A stretch of DNA of 64,000 nt. It comes from Takakia lepidozioides (Eukaryota > Plantae > Bryophyta). The translations under genes and the position numbers were made by a program. The notes beneath the pieces were generated by a model. It was not told the origin of the DNA and searched no databases. It worked only from the letters and a program-made list of their open reading frames with translations. This document shows positions 1-12,619 of this stretch, piece by piece. The stretch's first letter is position 1, and each line of letters opens with the position of its first letter. The stretch covers positions 75,516,001 to 75,580,000 of the forward strand of contig CM060732.1 in the NCBI GenBank assembly GCA_030704615.1. The letters are read 5' to 3'.

Positions 1-39
1 CTTGTCTCTTTGTCCTTGTTTGGACGCAGTTGTCATGGT

Positions 40-900
40 GGAGGTGCCTGAGTTTATTGCTTCTGCTGCTGCTGCTTCCAGTTGACCATCTATGAATGCA
101 GCTCTCTTGTAGTTATCAATCCCTAATGGCTCATTGGTACTCTCATGCTTCAAATCCAACCCTCTGCGATAGATCTGAACCCACACCATACCTGCCTCCT
201 TCAGCTATCCCTGCCTCCACAACAACAAAGCATAGATCCTACCCCTTGCTGCTAGTACCTGACAATGACAACCTTTATCTAGCAAACACTCCAACTCTAC
301 TGACCACACACTAGTCCCTATGCTGAAATGCTGGCGAGTTGAAAATTGAGTTCGGAGAAAGATTCGCAATGCATCTTGTTGTCTGCATCTGCTCTAACAT
401 AACAGCTTTTCACCTTTCTGCCTCCAGTGTCCCACCATTGACTGGAGTTTGAAATATATTCTTTCCAAAAGTTTTCCTCGTCTCTGTTTTCGATTTTCGG
501 ATATTTACCTGCAACCCATCCGTATCACATGTGAAAAATAGTCGTGACCACCAGAGATCCACCTGCTGAGCCAAATTACAAAACTCATTATGAACAAGTA
601 GGGCCACATCTGAAGGAAGTACAAAACTAGCCTAGATGTACTGAAAAAGAAGGTGCCCTCACCACATTGTGCTTGACCTCGTGTCATGGAAGCAGCTGGC
701 TTTTCTTTCACCCAAGGAGGCTTCGACCAATCCTCAATCCAAAAAACCTCTTGTGCACTCTGCTTATGTCTGTAGTCGGGTGATCTCGGATTGGTCTGTG
801 AAAACGTGCAGCTGAGCGGCCATAGTTTCCAACACAGCCTTCTAAGACCAAGCCAACCCTCCCAAGTACCTGGTAAACACCAGGAGAAACCCTTGGGCAA
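40..900 (-). repeat. Diverged inverted paralog of segments lying beside the PPR fragments at 22470-22800 and 24800-25330
   Basis: ORF 505..900 (GQAQCGEGTFFF) matches ORF 22528..22803 (GQGQCGEGTFFF). 842-890 is the reverse complement of ~22470-22520, ~150-320 of ~25160-25330, and ~60-100 of ~24800-24840. Confidence 0.7.
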
Positions 901-1254
901 TGCATCTTCACCGCGTGCTTAGCAACAACACCTATGATACTGACAGGAAGAGCCACTTTTGCAGAACACACAAACTCCTTCACATCATACATGAAGAAAG
1001 AGGCACCTTGCCAACTCAGTTGTCCCGGCATTGTATGAACTATTGGCAGTGCTGTTCCATGCTCCATGATTGACCTTCGTGCCAGAAACTCAACCAGCAT
1101 CAAAACTTTGACAGGTTCTGAAAAGGATTGCTAGTGGAGCTTTAGACAACATTCATGCAAGTCACTGTGGGCTGAGGAACACAAGAACATGTCCAGATGT
1201 GGAACAAGCCAGGGCATGACAAGCCACTACTAGCTGTGGCTAGTAGGCTAGTTA

Positions 1255-1553
1255 GGGCCACTTTACACTAAGGACCAAGACCAAGACCAAGCGGAAATGG
1301 AGCATTCTTATTGGTCGAGGGCCGAAAATTGGTCCCAAGGGCTTTACACTAGGGACCAAGCCCAAAAGACCAAAGCGGGCCAATATGCTTACATGGCACC
1401 TACTTTTGGCGCGAACTTCTTGGTCCAGACCATGGAAAAGGAACCCTCCTGATAGCTGGGCCCAACTCTTCGGCTCCGGACCAAGACGAGCCCAAGAGTG
1501 GCACTTCTTCGTCCCACAATTTCTTGGTTTCAGTCCGTAGTGTAAAGTGGCCC
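1255..1553. mobile_element. PIF/Harbinger (Tourist-like) MITE, 299 bp
   Basis: 21-bp TIR GGGCCACTTTACACTA(A/C)GGAC with 1 mismatch; TTA target duplication at 1252-1254 and 1554-1556. Confidence 0.9.
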
Positions 1554-2908
1554 TTAGCCACCACTGCGGCCGGGGCCATTAGCATATCAATACAAAGCCC
1601 TTCAAATAGGTAAAATTTGTCTTGTTGGCTGTAGCATCCAATTCTCAATTTCTCTGACCCTAAAATGGAGGTGTAGCAAGGGTTGATACTTGATACTTGC
1701 ATGTTGCCCATCTAGTTATAAAACCACATTGTGAATTGTACTAGGTTTGCATCTCTTGTAACCGTTTTAGAAGGCAAAATATAGGATTGAATAGCTCATT
1801 GTGTGCCCACAGTTGGAACAAGTTTCAATGGCGTTCATCTTCCAAGAGTAATTTGAGTATAAAATAAGTGCACATCATGGTGCGCCACCAGCGATATTGC
1901 TCTTTTAGAATCTAGATTGTTCTTTTGGTACTTTGATTGTAACCATTATAGAATGTTTAGATACCATTGGAAAGTTATTTATGTGTCCCATAATTTTGTA
2001 GTCGAAACAGTTTTCAGTAGAGTTCTTCTACCATGAGTGTAAAATAGTGTTCATTCATGGTTGAGTAAGTAAGTTGTTGGGCTGTCATGTGGCACCGAGC
2101 CAAGTGATCTCAACAATATTCAATATTCAATATTATGGATTCTTTGTTGAAGAAACAATTTCAGGAAGTACTCATACATCATTTGTGTGTAGGGGTGGGG
2201 GGTGGGTAAGCTAAGCCGAGTAATCTTCTTTGGAAATTGATTCATAAGATTCTGCAGGTGGGCTTCATTTCTTGTCCCTTTGCTGCATGTTAAATATTGC
2301 TGAGACAATTGAATACTACCTCATTCTTTCTCCTCTCCCTATTAGAGTTTGGATGCCTCCCCAACTTGTAATCTCTTGCTACCACTATCCTTCCCACTTG
2401 AGTCATCCCTTCCAATACCCTTCTCAATACCAAGCATGACTGATCCCTTTGTTCTTCCCAACTTCTTTGGAACCGGCTTCTATCTGCACTTTTTAACGCG
2501 CATGAGGGGACAATATTCAAAGTATCTGTCTTTTGGCTCATCCTAAAAGCCATGCCCGGCCGCAACCCATGCAAAAAACATCATAAATCATATCCACAAA
2601 CGACTCTAAGTGTAGAATACAACCTAGACAGACAGATTTTAAATGCTACGCAGTAGCGGAGATGATTCTCACATCTTTCTTGCTGGAATTTTTGCTGGAA
2701 GCCCCTAATCCTGCCACTATCCTTCTTGGTAGTGTCTCCTACAACATCAGTCTTCGTCTTGTTATCCCTTGCAACTCCCGTTGTTGGCTAAACATATATT
2801 AAAAGCCGTGCTCTTAAGCCCCACAGTTTAAACGGTCAATCACCGTGCTTAAAAAAATACAGAAGCATCACCGGCTAATCATTCCCAATGCTACAAACAT
2901 ATTTGCAC

Positions 2909-3567
2909 CAGTGTTGGTATGGTATCTGGGTTTCGTTGGGTATTAACCCGGGCATCAACCCGGGTCTCTCCTAACCTAACCTACTGTTCTTTGTTCCCCG
3001 TAAACATTTGTACTACCCTACCAGAAGGTTCTCGAGTTCCCTGGCGGCCCCCCAAACCCTAGCAGGTGGCGGTTAGGGTTATCCGTCCCCGCCCCCTACC
3101 AGAGCTCGACTCGTCGCTGCAGGTCTGTTCTGTAGGTCTGTTCGGGTATCATGTTAAGATGCACATAGAGACATTATGGATGCAATTGATTCAGTCTATA
3201 ATTGTATGGGGGTTGGTATCCTATGAGATGAGCAGGTTACCTAGTGGTTTTCTTGAATACTCAAATGGCTATTTGAATAGTTCAAATGGTCATTTCAATA
3301 TTGAATTTGAATTTGAATTCCAGTACCATTTTTATTTTATTATTTTTTAATATCATATCCGAGTTCATATTTCTAGGTTATTGACATTCAGATACCATTG
3401 CTCATATCCGGATTGATTTTTTTCAAAAACCACTCTATGCATACCAGATTTATACTTAAAAAAATTAGGGGCTGCATTATTGGAAAACCTACCTGCCTTA
3501 AAAAAATTCAGCACGGCATACCAGGACCCTTCTGGTATTTCCAATTCAAGATACCAGACCAACACTA
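2909..3567. mobile_element. Non-autonomous hAT-like element
   Basis: TIR CAGTGTTGGTATGGTATCT / AGATACCAGACCAACACTA; 8-bp TSD ATTTGCAC/GTTTGCAC (7/8); internal ATACCAG repeats. Confidence 0.8.
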
Positions 3568-5299
3568 GTTTGCACACCACAAGAGCACAACAACAAGGTT
3601 ATCTTGGCTTCACATACAAACTGAGGAAATGGGGGGGGGTTTACGGTCCTCACATCTTTTCGTGGGGCATGTTTTGGCTCCACCTTTTTTCTTACTTTTT
3701 CTTTCTTGGCTGCAACTCCCTTCACCACATCTGGAACAATTGAGCGTGTTTTACTCTGAAACATATTTTTAAACAAGTTCAAGTGCTCTACACTTAATAG
3801 GTTGTATTTTAAACAATAAAAACATTGTCTCTAAGCTTTAGAGAAATCAATATCAAATGATCATGCAGAAGTGAGACGGAGACGGAGACAGAGACAAAAA
3901 CAAGTTCACCTTTGGTACTGGAGATGTCACATCAACATATGTCTCCTTCTGGCATAACCTTGTATCCTTATCTGTTGCTTTTTGGGCTTAGCCCGTTCCC
4001 TTCCCCACTAACTAAGCTGGGACATCATCTATATCTATAGGCTCAATGATTGGCGGCAAAGCTGGTGTACGTAGATAACCGGGACATAAATACAAGAATT
4101 CTTAAGTTTTCCATCACTACTTGTAGTAGTGCAGTGGCTTGTGTCGGTCTTATTTGTTCTAGTTGGCCTTCAATAATTGGTAGTTTTCCCTCAAGGGACG
4201 AGAGCCGTACGACCACGTACTGCATTCTGCCAGACATCTTTGCCCACACACTTCTAGTCAACCTCCCCTTTATCATTATGTTGTACCTTATGTGGCTTCA
4301 AACATGCGGCCTCCTTTCGAGTTTTAGCATCATGTTCTAACACTCGGGTGCTTTGCCTCTTCAGGTGCTTGCGCTTATAAGTGGCACGGGATTGCCCCTC
4401 TTCAACCTGCAGAGATGAATCAGCATTGGTAGTACATGTTGAGGATGGAGGAGGTGTTGCAAATGGACGACCTACCCACTGAGGTCCATTGCAAGTCCTA
4501 GGCATTGATACCCATGGAGGTATCGGGCCATGGATTGAGCTATGGTGGTCCTGACCATGTCCAAGTTGCTAGAGTTTGTGGGCTACTTGCTTGCCCCCCA
4601 TTGCCCACCAGCCCCTTGCACCCACTGATTAAGTCCCACTCCAAATTGAACCCAAGGGACCAACAACACATGTTTGATGCCATTGCGCGAGATTGGTTGT
4701 TCTTGTACGTACTTTGGAAGACTCAGCCTCATTTCTCTTCTTTGTCGCCACCTGCGACAAATCAATGCTCACATCATATACATTCCGAATATATCGGATA
4801 GCAAAGCAGATAAACATGATCAATGGACTCTGCAAGGAGATACCTTCACCCATAATTCTTTCAAATATGATGCATATGATGCTGTGAATGCATGGAATGT
4901 GATCCCCTGGCAATGCTACCACCATCCATTACCTTAGAGTTCCAGCCTACCTTTGAACAATAAACAGATTGAGATAGAAAGATGAGATAGTAGTTGCTCG
5001 ATGTGCAGGTGGGCCTAAGTTCCAGTTTCGTGAGTTATGTGATTTGAGGTCTAATCACCCCGTTCTATTGAATAATAATAATAATAATAATAAAACCTGA
5101 TGTTTCATACCACACCCTTTAATTATCTTTGCTGCCCATTGACTTGGGACAGGACGAACCAGCCAAACTGTTGCCTACATCCAGTATTGGTGTTATTGTT
5201 GGTCCATGCTTTAGCAAATGCTACCATATCCACTTAATCTGGTTTTATGGTGGAACTCATATTTTCTTACGTTGTGTAGCGCCTTGATAGTCTATGGCT

Positions 5300-7069
5300 G
5301 TGACATGTTTCAACATATTGAACTGGGAAAATTAGCCTCCTCGACTAACCTTCTTCCAGCTACAACCTCGATCTACTTTGGTTTTGAACCTTATGAATGT
5401 CTTGACGCTCTGAAATATATTGGTCTTCTTCGGCGCCCATCCTCCCCTACGATTCGTTTCTTTCATAAGTTACAAGCTTTGTAGGAAACTCTGTTTTAGC
5501 CTATCTAGAGACTTTAAATTTGAATGCAACTCTAGAAGGAAAAAATGCTCTATTTAAGTGCCTTGCGGTATGTCAGAAGAAGCTTGAACGTGGCTTGGAG
5601 GGGCCGGTATCTTTGTCTTCCCTTCTAGCAGTTAAAAGTCGCATCCGCAGCCTTTATAAAACTAAATAGGCTGATTTCATGCGCACTGGAGTTAATTGGT
5701 GGGGAGAAAAGGAATAGATGTTTCTTTATAAAAGCTCTAAGTAGGCAGTGACGGGATGCTCAATCTATTTTTGAACTTAGAGACAATGACAACTCCGTTC
5801 ACTCTCATCCAAAAACTTTAACTTCCATTGCAACATCCTATTTCCGCTCTCCTTTTATTGCCCCCCCCCCCCCCCCTCCTCCTCCGCTAGATCTTTAGGT
5901 GTGGTCGTCATGGCCCAGGGCTGCAATCTTGTATTAATCTTTGCCTCCCATAACTTTATCCTAGATGCAACTTTCGTCTATGAAGCATTAGCAGAAGCCC
6001 TTAGACAACTTCAAGATTTTAAATCCCCGGCAAAATTCTTTAAAGCCATTTGGCTTTTTCTCATGGAGGATTAATGTCATTCTTTCTAAGAATTTGATGC
6101 CGTCACAAATGTCACAAGGGATAATTACACTCATTTATAAAAATAAAGATTAGACTACAAGGTTTCATACTGCCTATTATTAGGCCAAAGCATTGGGCTT
6201 TGTCAAGCGCCTTATCCTACATCATCCTTGCTAATGAAGGTCTAGACTTCGCTACACCGTCCAACCAACCCATGGCCCTCTTGTTGCTAGACTTTGAAAT
6301 TGTTTTTAACCGGATTCGTTGGCCTTTTCTCCTTGGGGCCTTGCGCAATATTGGGATAGGTCCCAATTTCCCGCAATGGGTTCGTATTCTTCTCATGTTG
6401 ACTTCTAGCAAAGTCTTAATTAATGGAGTAATTAATTAAGTCTTTCCAAAGCCTTCCCTTTGGAAGGCTCGGTCCATCAATGTTGTCATCTTTCCCTCTT
6501 TCTCTTCTTAATTGCGACTGATCGTCTTGGTCACTTATTTGACCACAACATTGGCCTTACCTTAAAAGGACCTCACCCCCCCCCCCCCCCCCCCCCCCCA
6601 ACTCTTGAAAATGTCCATGTACGTTGATGACCCTCCTGGGCAAGCGGCCGGTTCCACGCTCTTTTTAGGATGATGCGGGCCCTTGGAAGTTACTCTTGCA
6701 CATGCATATAGCTCTTTCCACCCCCTCCACCTCTTCCTAGACCCCGTGGATAGCCTCTTTGCAATGGATTACTCAATGTGACAGCTCAAACAACTTGCAA
6801 CATATAGGATTTGTGTCTTGGAGGTCAATCTGGGATGCGTGGCTGAAGCTTCATGTTCATCACTATCAACTCCCTCGCAAATTTTGGGCGGAAGTTGTAA
6901 GACAGCCGATTTTTGGCAATCTTCAAGTACTTGACAATGATATCCTCAGCCCCTGCTCAAAACGTTTGGCAACCTAGGACGCGGGAAGACTCTCTACCAT
7001 CAATGACATCTTTGGTTCCCTCACACAACATCCTATCTCACCACAACCCCCTTTCTCAACAGCCACACG
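5300..7069 (+). pseudogene. Degenerate L1-type LINE ORF2 (reverse transcriptase), 5' part; start approximate
   Basis: ORF 6200..6439 LLLDFEIVFNRIRWPFL...FPQWVRIL...SKVLING is the L1 RT motif LDFEKAFDRV.W; remnant QGCPLSP-like motif near 6480; YVDD near 6619; many stops and frameshifts. Confidence 0.75.
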
Positions 7070-7198
7070 TGTAGAAAAAAAGCTTGTGCACCGAATAGTG
7101 AGTATCAAGATTAGAGAGAGGTGAAGTTGGCATAATATGTGCGATCTACCTAACTCTAAGTCTTATCTATAGTTGATTTAAGGTGTGTAATTTCTACA
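7070..7198 (-). repeat. Copia 3' LTR (about 90 bp shorter than the 5' LTR)
   Basis: Direct alignment with 29598-29819. Confidence 0.9.
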
Positions 7199-7255
7199 CC
7201 TTACTTAAACTGAGGTCCCTTCATAAAAAAGGAATGTCAAGAGTATTTACAGTGT

Positions 7256-9400
7256 TCATTGGTCCAACTCTAGAACCTTTGATGCACTCCTGGTTTGTAG
7301 TAGATCTCTCATCTCTTCAAATCTTGTGCGTCCTAATGGTTTCGTGAAGATATTAGCTAACTGCTCTCCCGTTGGAATATGAAATAGACATATTTTCTTG
7401 TTCAATATGCTCTCCCGTATGTAATGATAAATGATCATCTATGTGTTGGGTCCTAGCATGAAATAGTATAGGATTGTTGGACTACTTTGATTGTCACAAA
7501 ATATGGGAGTTGGTTTCAATTCTTGAAATCCCATTTCTCCCATCATGTTCCTTAACCAGGTGGCCTCCTTCGCTCCATCTGCTAGCGAGCGATATTCAGC
7601 TTAGGTGGAAGAGAGGGCAATAGTGGGCTGTCTCTTGGAGCTCTATGTTACAGATGATGAACCAATCCTAAAAATGTAGCCACTCGTTGATCTCCTCGAC
7701 TCGCTCTTACCGGCCCAGTCAAAATCAGTAAATCCCTCCAGTCTGTTATCTTCTCCTCGCCAAAATATTAACCCAAAATCTGTCGTTGCTTTCAAATACC
7801 TCAAGATGTGCTTCACTACGTTTAGATGTGGTGTTTGGGGTTCCGCCATGAACCTACTCACCACCCCTACAGCAAATGCAATATTTGGTCGTGAATTGTA
7901 AGGTAGATTAACTTGCCGACCATCTATCGATACAATGTTGCATCCACCCTCCTCTCTGCTACATTAGTGGTGAGCTTGATGCCTTCAATCATTGTAATCT
8001 TGGCTGGATTATAGGCCTCCATGCCAAATTGCTGAAGCATAGCTTCAACGGAGGCACTCTGGGTCATAAAGATTCCACTTGGTAGGAATAAAGATTCTAC
8101 TGCCAAATAACGTCCGAGTCTGCCTAAGTCGTAATTTCAAACCTGGATTTCAGCTCTCTCTTAAGTTGGTCTATTTTATGAGTATGATTCCCTCTCAAGA
8201 GTAAGTCATCGATGTAGAGCAATAGTATGACAATGAGACCATCTTCAATGAAAAAAACAATTGTAGTCTGAGTTTGCCCTCCTCATCTTTTGCTCTTTCA
8301 GAAACCCGTCAATTTTTTGATACCAGGCTCGTGGAGCCTGCTTCAAGCCATATAGAGATTTCAGGAGCCTACAAACCAAGGTTTCTTTGCCCTTCACTTC
8401 GAAGCCCGGTGGATGAGTCATGAAGACCACTTCTTCTAAGCCACCGTTCAAAGATGTAGTTTTGACGTCTATTAATTGACTTATATCCCACCCATGATGT
8501 GCTGCCGGAGCAATGACCGACCCGATCGAGCCCCATTTCACCATAGGAGCAAATGTCTCGTCATAATTATTTGTTTCACTATTACAATTACAAGGACGAG
8601 AAAATATCCTCACAACGTGTGTGCCATAGAGGCTGCCACGTAACAACCAACCTCTGCCACACTCTTTTTCGGGTCCAGAAGATCGGTATGATGCCTCTGG
8701 AATCATTTGCGAACGTGTTGAGTACAAGTCAAATGAAGAGATGCAGGGAGAAGAAGCTCGTCACCTGGTATAGCTTGACAAGAGAAGACCCTGCTCCCTC
8801 CCCAAATAACAATGAGAGTTGGGATCATCTTCAAAAGATGATTGTAGTGCATAGCGACAAGAGAACATGTAGACTTCGAAAGGTGCAATGATGCATGTGC
8901 TTTCAACTCGCGGAGGAGGATGCAGCTCAAATAGGATATCCCCATCAAAAGTCTCCAGCAAGAACTTCACTGGTACCTGCTTCAAAGATTCCCAATCAAT
9001 TCCCCGCAACTCACTTTTGAAACCTGCCATTTATCCCATCGCCAGTAGTTTTGGAATGACACTACAAATCTCTTCTTCATTCGCTTCCACAACTACCGTA
9101 GGCAAGGAGTGAGTTGGAATTTCAATTATGCATCATCGGACGAATCCGAAAGCTCAACGATTGGAGTGGAGGACGTTTGTTCTTTTTTCTACACCTTCTT
9201 TGTGCTCAAACCCTCGTGCAACTAGCCTCGCCTTGTGTTTTAGGGGTTTTCCAGATGCGTCAGTTTTAATTTTGAACATCTACTTCCCTGAAGTAGGGCG
9301 TTTGCTTGGTGGCAGTTTGACCAGCTCCCACGTTTTGTTTCGATAAATGGAATCCAATTCAGGCTTCATGGCCTCTTGTCATCGTTCATCTGTGGTTGCG
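7256..9400 (-). pseudogene. Copia RT/RNase H remnant, interrupted at 8569-9189
   Basis: KARLVARGF, YDETFAP, KSLYGLKQAPRAW, YIDD, RRSTSGY, EQLANIFTKPL motifs; frameshifts. Confidence 0.9.
8569..9189 (-). other. 621-bp foreign insertion in copia RT with a coding-like fragment
   Basis: Splits the copia peptide KEGV|NYDETFAP; contains ORF 8761..9030 (IDWESLKQVPVKFLLETFDGDILFELHPP); no clear TSD. Confidence 0.7.
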
Positions 9401-9402
9401 TC

Positions 9403-10117
9403 TGTCGCGGCCTGTTGCCTTGAGGACAGGGGGTCGGGACACAAGGGGCTGCCCCTATGGTGGGGGTAGTGGCAACAATAGATGCGGGGGCTGAAGCACC
9501 CTTGAGTGCCCAAGGCACTCAAGGAGGCGGAGGCACTCACTAGGTGGAGCCCCACATACCGGGTTGCGGTGGGGATGATTCCACGAGGGGTGGTGGTAGC
9601 TTAGTGGGTCTTAGTGGGGGTGACATAGGACGACCATGGGGCGGAAACCTGTGGTGGGAGTCGTAGGGAGTCTGGGACTCATCACGGCCCAATGGGGCCG
9701 TGGTGGGGGGCCAAGACTCACCGCGACTCACCACCGGAGTCGAGGGTTTTCGTGGTGGTTCGCCATAAAATGGCAGGGTTGTTTGTGAAACCCCCGCGGA
9801 CAGTCACAGAAGTATATATAGGGAGTAGTAATCTCGAGAACGTGCAAGCCCGTTGGTGACCAAAAACTAATGAGTAAGCGTGCGAGCCGGAAAGCGACCA
9901 AGGTGTGGGGAGCTGTTCCGGACTGCCATCGACCAAAGGGAATTGCCACTTGGCCCAAATTGAGAGAGGGTCTAGTGGGAGAAGTAAAAGGGGACCGTTA
10001 TGTCCCGGTGAGCAGCCGAAGCTCGAGTTGGCCGGCGGCCAGTTTGGAGTTAGGCGCACGCATCAAAGCGAGTAACTATGACTTGAAGGGGAGCTTACCG
10101 AAGTGAGGTGCGCGACA
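9403..10117 (+). repeat. Gypsy A 5' LTR
   Basis: TG...CA ends, TATA-like TATATATA near 9813, followed by the Met PBS. Confidence 0.92.
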
Positions 10118-10247
10118 TTTGGTATCAGAGCATAGAGTTCAGTACGCGATCGTCTTTGAGATCGGCCTCATCATGGGGTCGGGCAAGCCAAAATGAAAGG
10201 GGAATGGCCCGAAAGATGATGATCCTGGTGAGCCTGATGGGGGCGAC

Positions 10248-11328
10248 GTGTCACCGAAGCGGCAATTTGAGGGGGCGATTCATACTTTTGAAAACGAGGC
10301 CGCTCAAGAACGGGAGGAATCCGGGGAGTTGGAGCCCGAGGACTTCCAGGAGGCTCCGCTAGACCAACAGATGTCTCCCATGCCAGCAGCCTTTTGGGAA
10401 GGGTTGTTGGCGCCGTTTGGCGAGACGTTGAAAGACGTGTTGAAGGCGGCTAATGCCACTTCCACTAAGGCAAAGTTTAAGGTGAAGCCTAGAGAACCTG
10501 GCACCTTCGAGGGCGTCCGAAATTGGAAGGCACTCTACACCTGGCTCTTGGAGCTAGAGCAGTACTTCCGGGCGGCCAAGTTGAGTGACAAGGATCGGGT
10601 GGAAAGGGCTCCCACCTATTTGAGGGGCTATGCTCAAACAACGGTGGCAGGAAACGCCTTCATGACCAAGATCCAAACCCAGAAACCTTGAGCTGGAGTG
10701 GGTTCAAGGAACTTATGAAGAGACAGTTTGTGCCCCTCAATGCGTCCTGGCTCGCCTGGGACAAGATGAGGAATTTGAAGCAAACAGATGACATTCGGGG
10801 ATATGTTCAGGCTTTCAATATGCTGTTGCTTCGAAGTCGCGGATATGGCAGAACTAGAAATGGTCTTCAACTTTGTGGCGGGACTGGCCCCATGGGCCAG
10901 GCGGAAGTTGGAGGAGAAGCCACCTAAGACTTTGAACGAGGCAATTGAGAGGGCTGAATGTTTCTCGGATGTCCCTAGGGGCGAAAGACAAGGTCGTACG
11001 GAGTTGAACCACAAAAAGACCCGAGGGTGACTCCTTCCGACCGGAAAAGAAGTGGGATAGGCCACGCGGCGACAATGGCACATGGAAATCGAAGGGAGGG
11101 CCTTCACACGTCAAGGCGGCACCCGGTGCTCCGAAAGGAAAATCAGGTGCGCGGCTTATGGCGGACAGAAGGCGACCTTCGATGGAATGTGCTTTAATTG
11201 CAGGGAGCCCGGGCACATGGCCAAGAAGTGCATGAAACCACAATTGAACATGACTCGAGCGGCCACGAAGCTGTCGGAAAACTCCGTTAGCCGCTTGGTG
11301 GAGGCGGTGGTCGCCAAGACTGGCAAGG
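10248..11328 (+). pseudogene. Gypsy A gag (frameshifted, CCHC zinc knuckle)
   Basis: PGTFEG...WLLELEQYF, SWSGFKELMKRQF and CFNCREPGHMAKKC in successive frames. Confidence 0.85.
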
Positions 11329-12070
11329 TGTCAAGGACGAGAACATGACTGAACACAAACAAGAGATAAAACTAGAGGTACAAGGCTAGACAAGAAGTCA
11401 AGGTCGTCGTGGCCGAATGCACGATGAGTAAATAGGAATCAAGATGATCTTTATAACAATGAACAAGAGTACAAGATATTGAAACACGACTTGAATACTG
11501 GAATGCTGGAAACTGGACTGGAGTTTTTGGTCCAATTTTTTCCATGGATATAGTGGTCTAGGGTTTGCATTCACAGAACACTAGAGTACTGGGAACTGGA
11601 CTGGAGTATTGGGAATTGGAAACAAGAGTAGCTTGAACTGGTGTTGGCGAGGCTGAAAAGTGTCCAGTCTCGCCTCCTATATATACTAGCTACTAAGAAG
11701 CTTCCCCAAGAAGCTTCCCCTATGGAGGTTTCTTGCTGGAGAAGTTTCCAAGATTAAACAAAGGTTTCTTGATGGAAAAGCTTCCTTAAACAAATGAGGT
11801 ATTTTGATGGAGAAGTTTCCTCCAAATGAAGCTTCCTAAATAGTTTCCCAAGTTATTCTTGATAATTTGGTAACTCTCGGTAACTTGGTAAGTAATGGTA
11901 AATCATGGTAAATCACGGTAAATAACGGTAAGTCATGGTAATTTCCGGTAATATGGTCACTTGGTAACTTCTGGGATTTACTCATGATAAGTTCTTTTGG
12001 GCTATGTCCGTGACATCACCTCCTCCTCTAGCGCCGAGTTCCTCGAGGAGCGGTAAAATCTTGGACTTGC

Positions 12071-12472
12071 TTAGAGTTGGAGAAAATCCAAAATCCGGTA
12101 AATGGTACTTGCCAAGTATTCGGCTCTTTGTTCTTGACTCAAATGATTTATAGGTCCCTGCAACCATCGATAGTGTTCAACACCTTGAACTTGGGACCAC
12201 ACAGTGATTTGAGCATTCTGATTTTCAAAGTTGCCTTCAAACATGATTTCGTTGCCCTCTGGGTCTGAAGCCTCAACCTCCAACAGAATTATCAGACTTC
12301 GAATAGGCTCCATTTGTCGTCGTACGGGGTCCAGACGAGGAAGTACGCGTCGCATTGGTGGCATATCGTCTCGAGAGCGTCGGCGTGATGTTGAAGGTCG
12401 TGAGAGTCGGAACGGCTGATCTGGTAGTTGGGTAAGCGACAACTCCAATGTATCTGGTTCTTGTGACTCCAT
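12071..12472 (-). CDS. Extra 133-aa sense ORF of unknown function between the chromodomain and 3' LTR of gypsy B
   Basis: Intact ORF, ATG in gcagcATGG context, TATATATA at 12511-12518 about 40 nt upstream. Confidence 0.55.
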   Translation of the reverse strand: MESQEPDTLELSLTQLPDQPFRLSRPSTSRRRSRDDMPPMRRVLPRLDPVRRQMEPIRSLIILLEVEASDPEGNEIMFEGNFENQNAQITVWSQVQGVEHYRWLQGPINHLSQEQRAEYLASTIYRILDFLQL

Positions 12473-12619
12473 GCTGCCAATACAAGATGCAAGAGTGCTA
12501 GAAGTGTAGCTATATATACTGATGTGTGGTGCTCCTCCCTCCTTAGCGTATCAGGTACATTGAATGTGGAGTTTTCACCTTGAAGCTAACTTGGCTGACA
12601 TCATCGTTATGACGTCTTA

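Noticed and set aside
3900-4940. Several short overlapping ORFs
   Set aside because: No recognisable motif; probably decayed repeat.
4985-5095. Possible SINE ending in (AAT)n
   Set aside because: No convincing A/B boxes or TSD.
11860-11970. Short GGTAA-based repeat array (also ~17680-17805) as a CRISPR-like array
   Set aside because: Degenerate 9-10 bp tandem repeat inside LTRs, no unique spacers, eukaryotic context.
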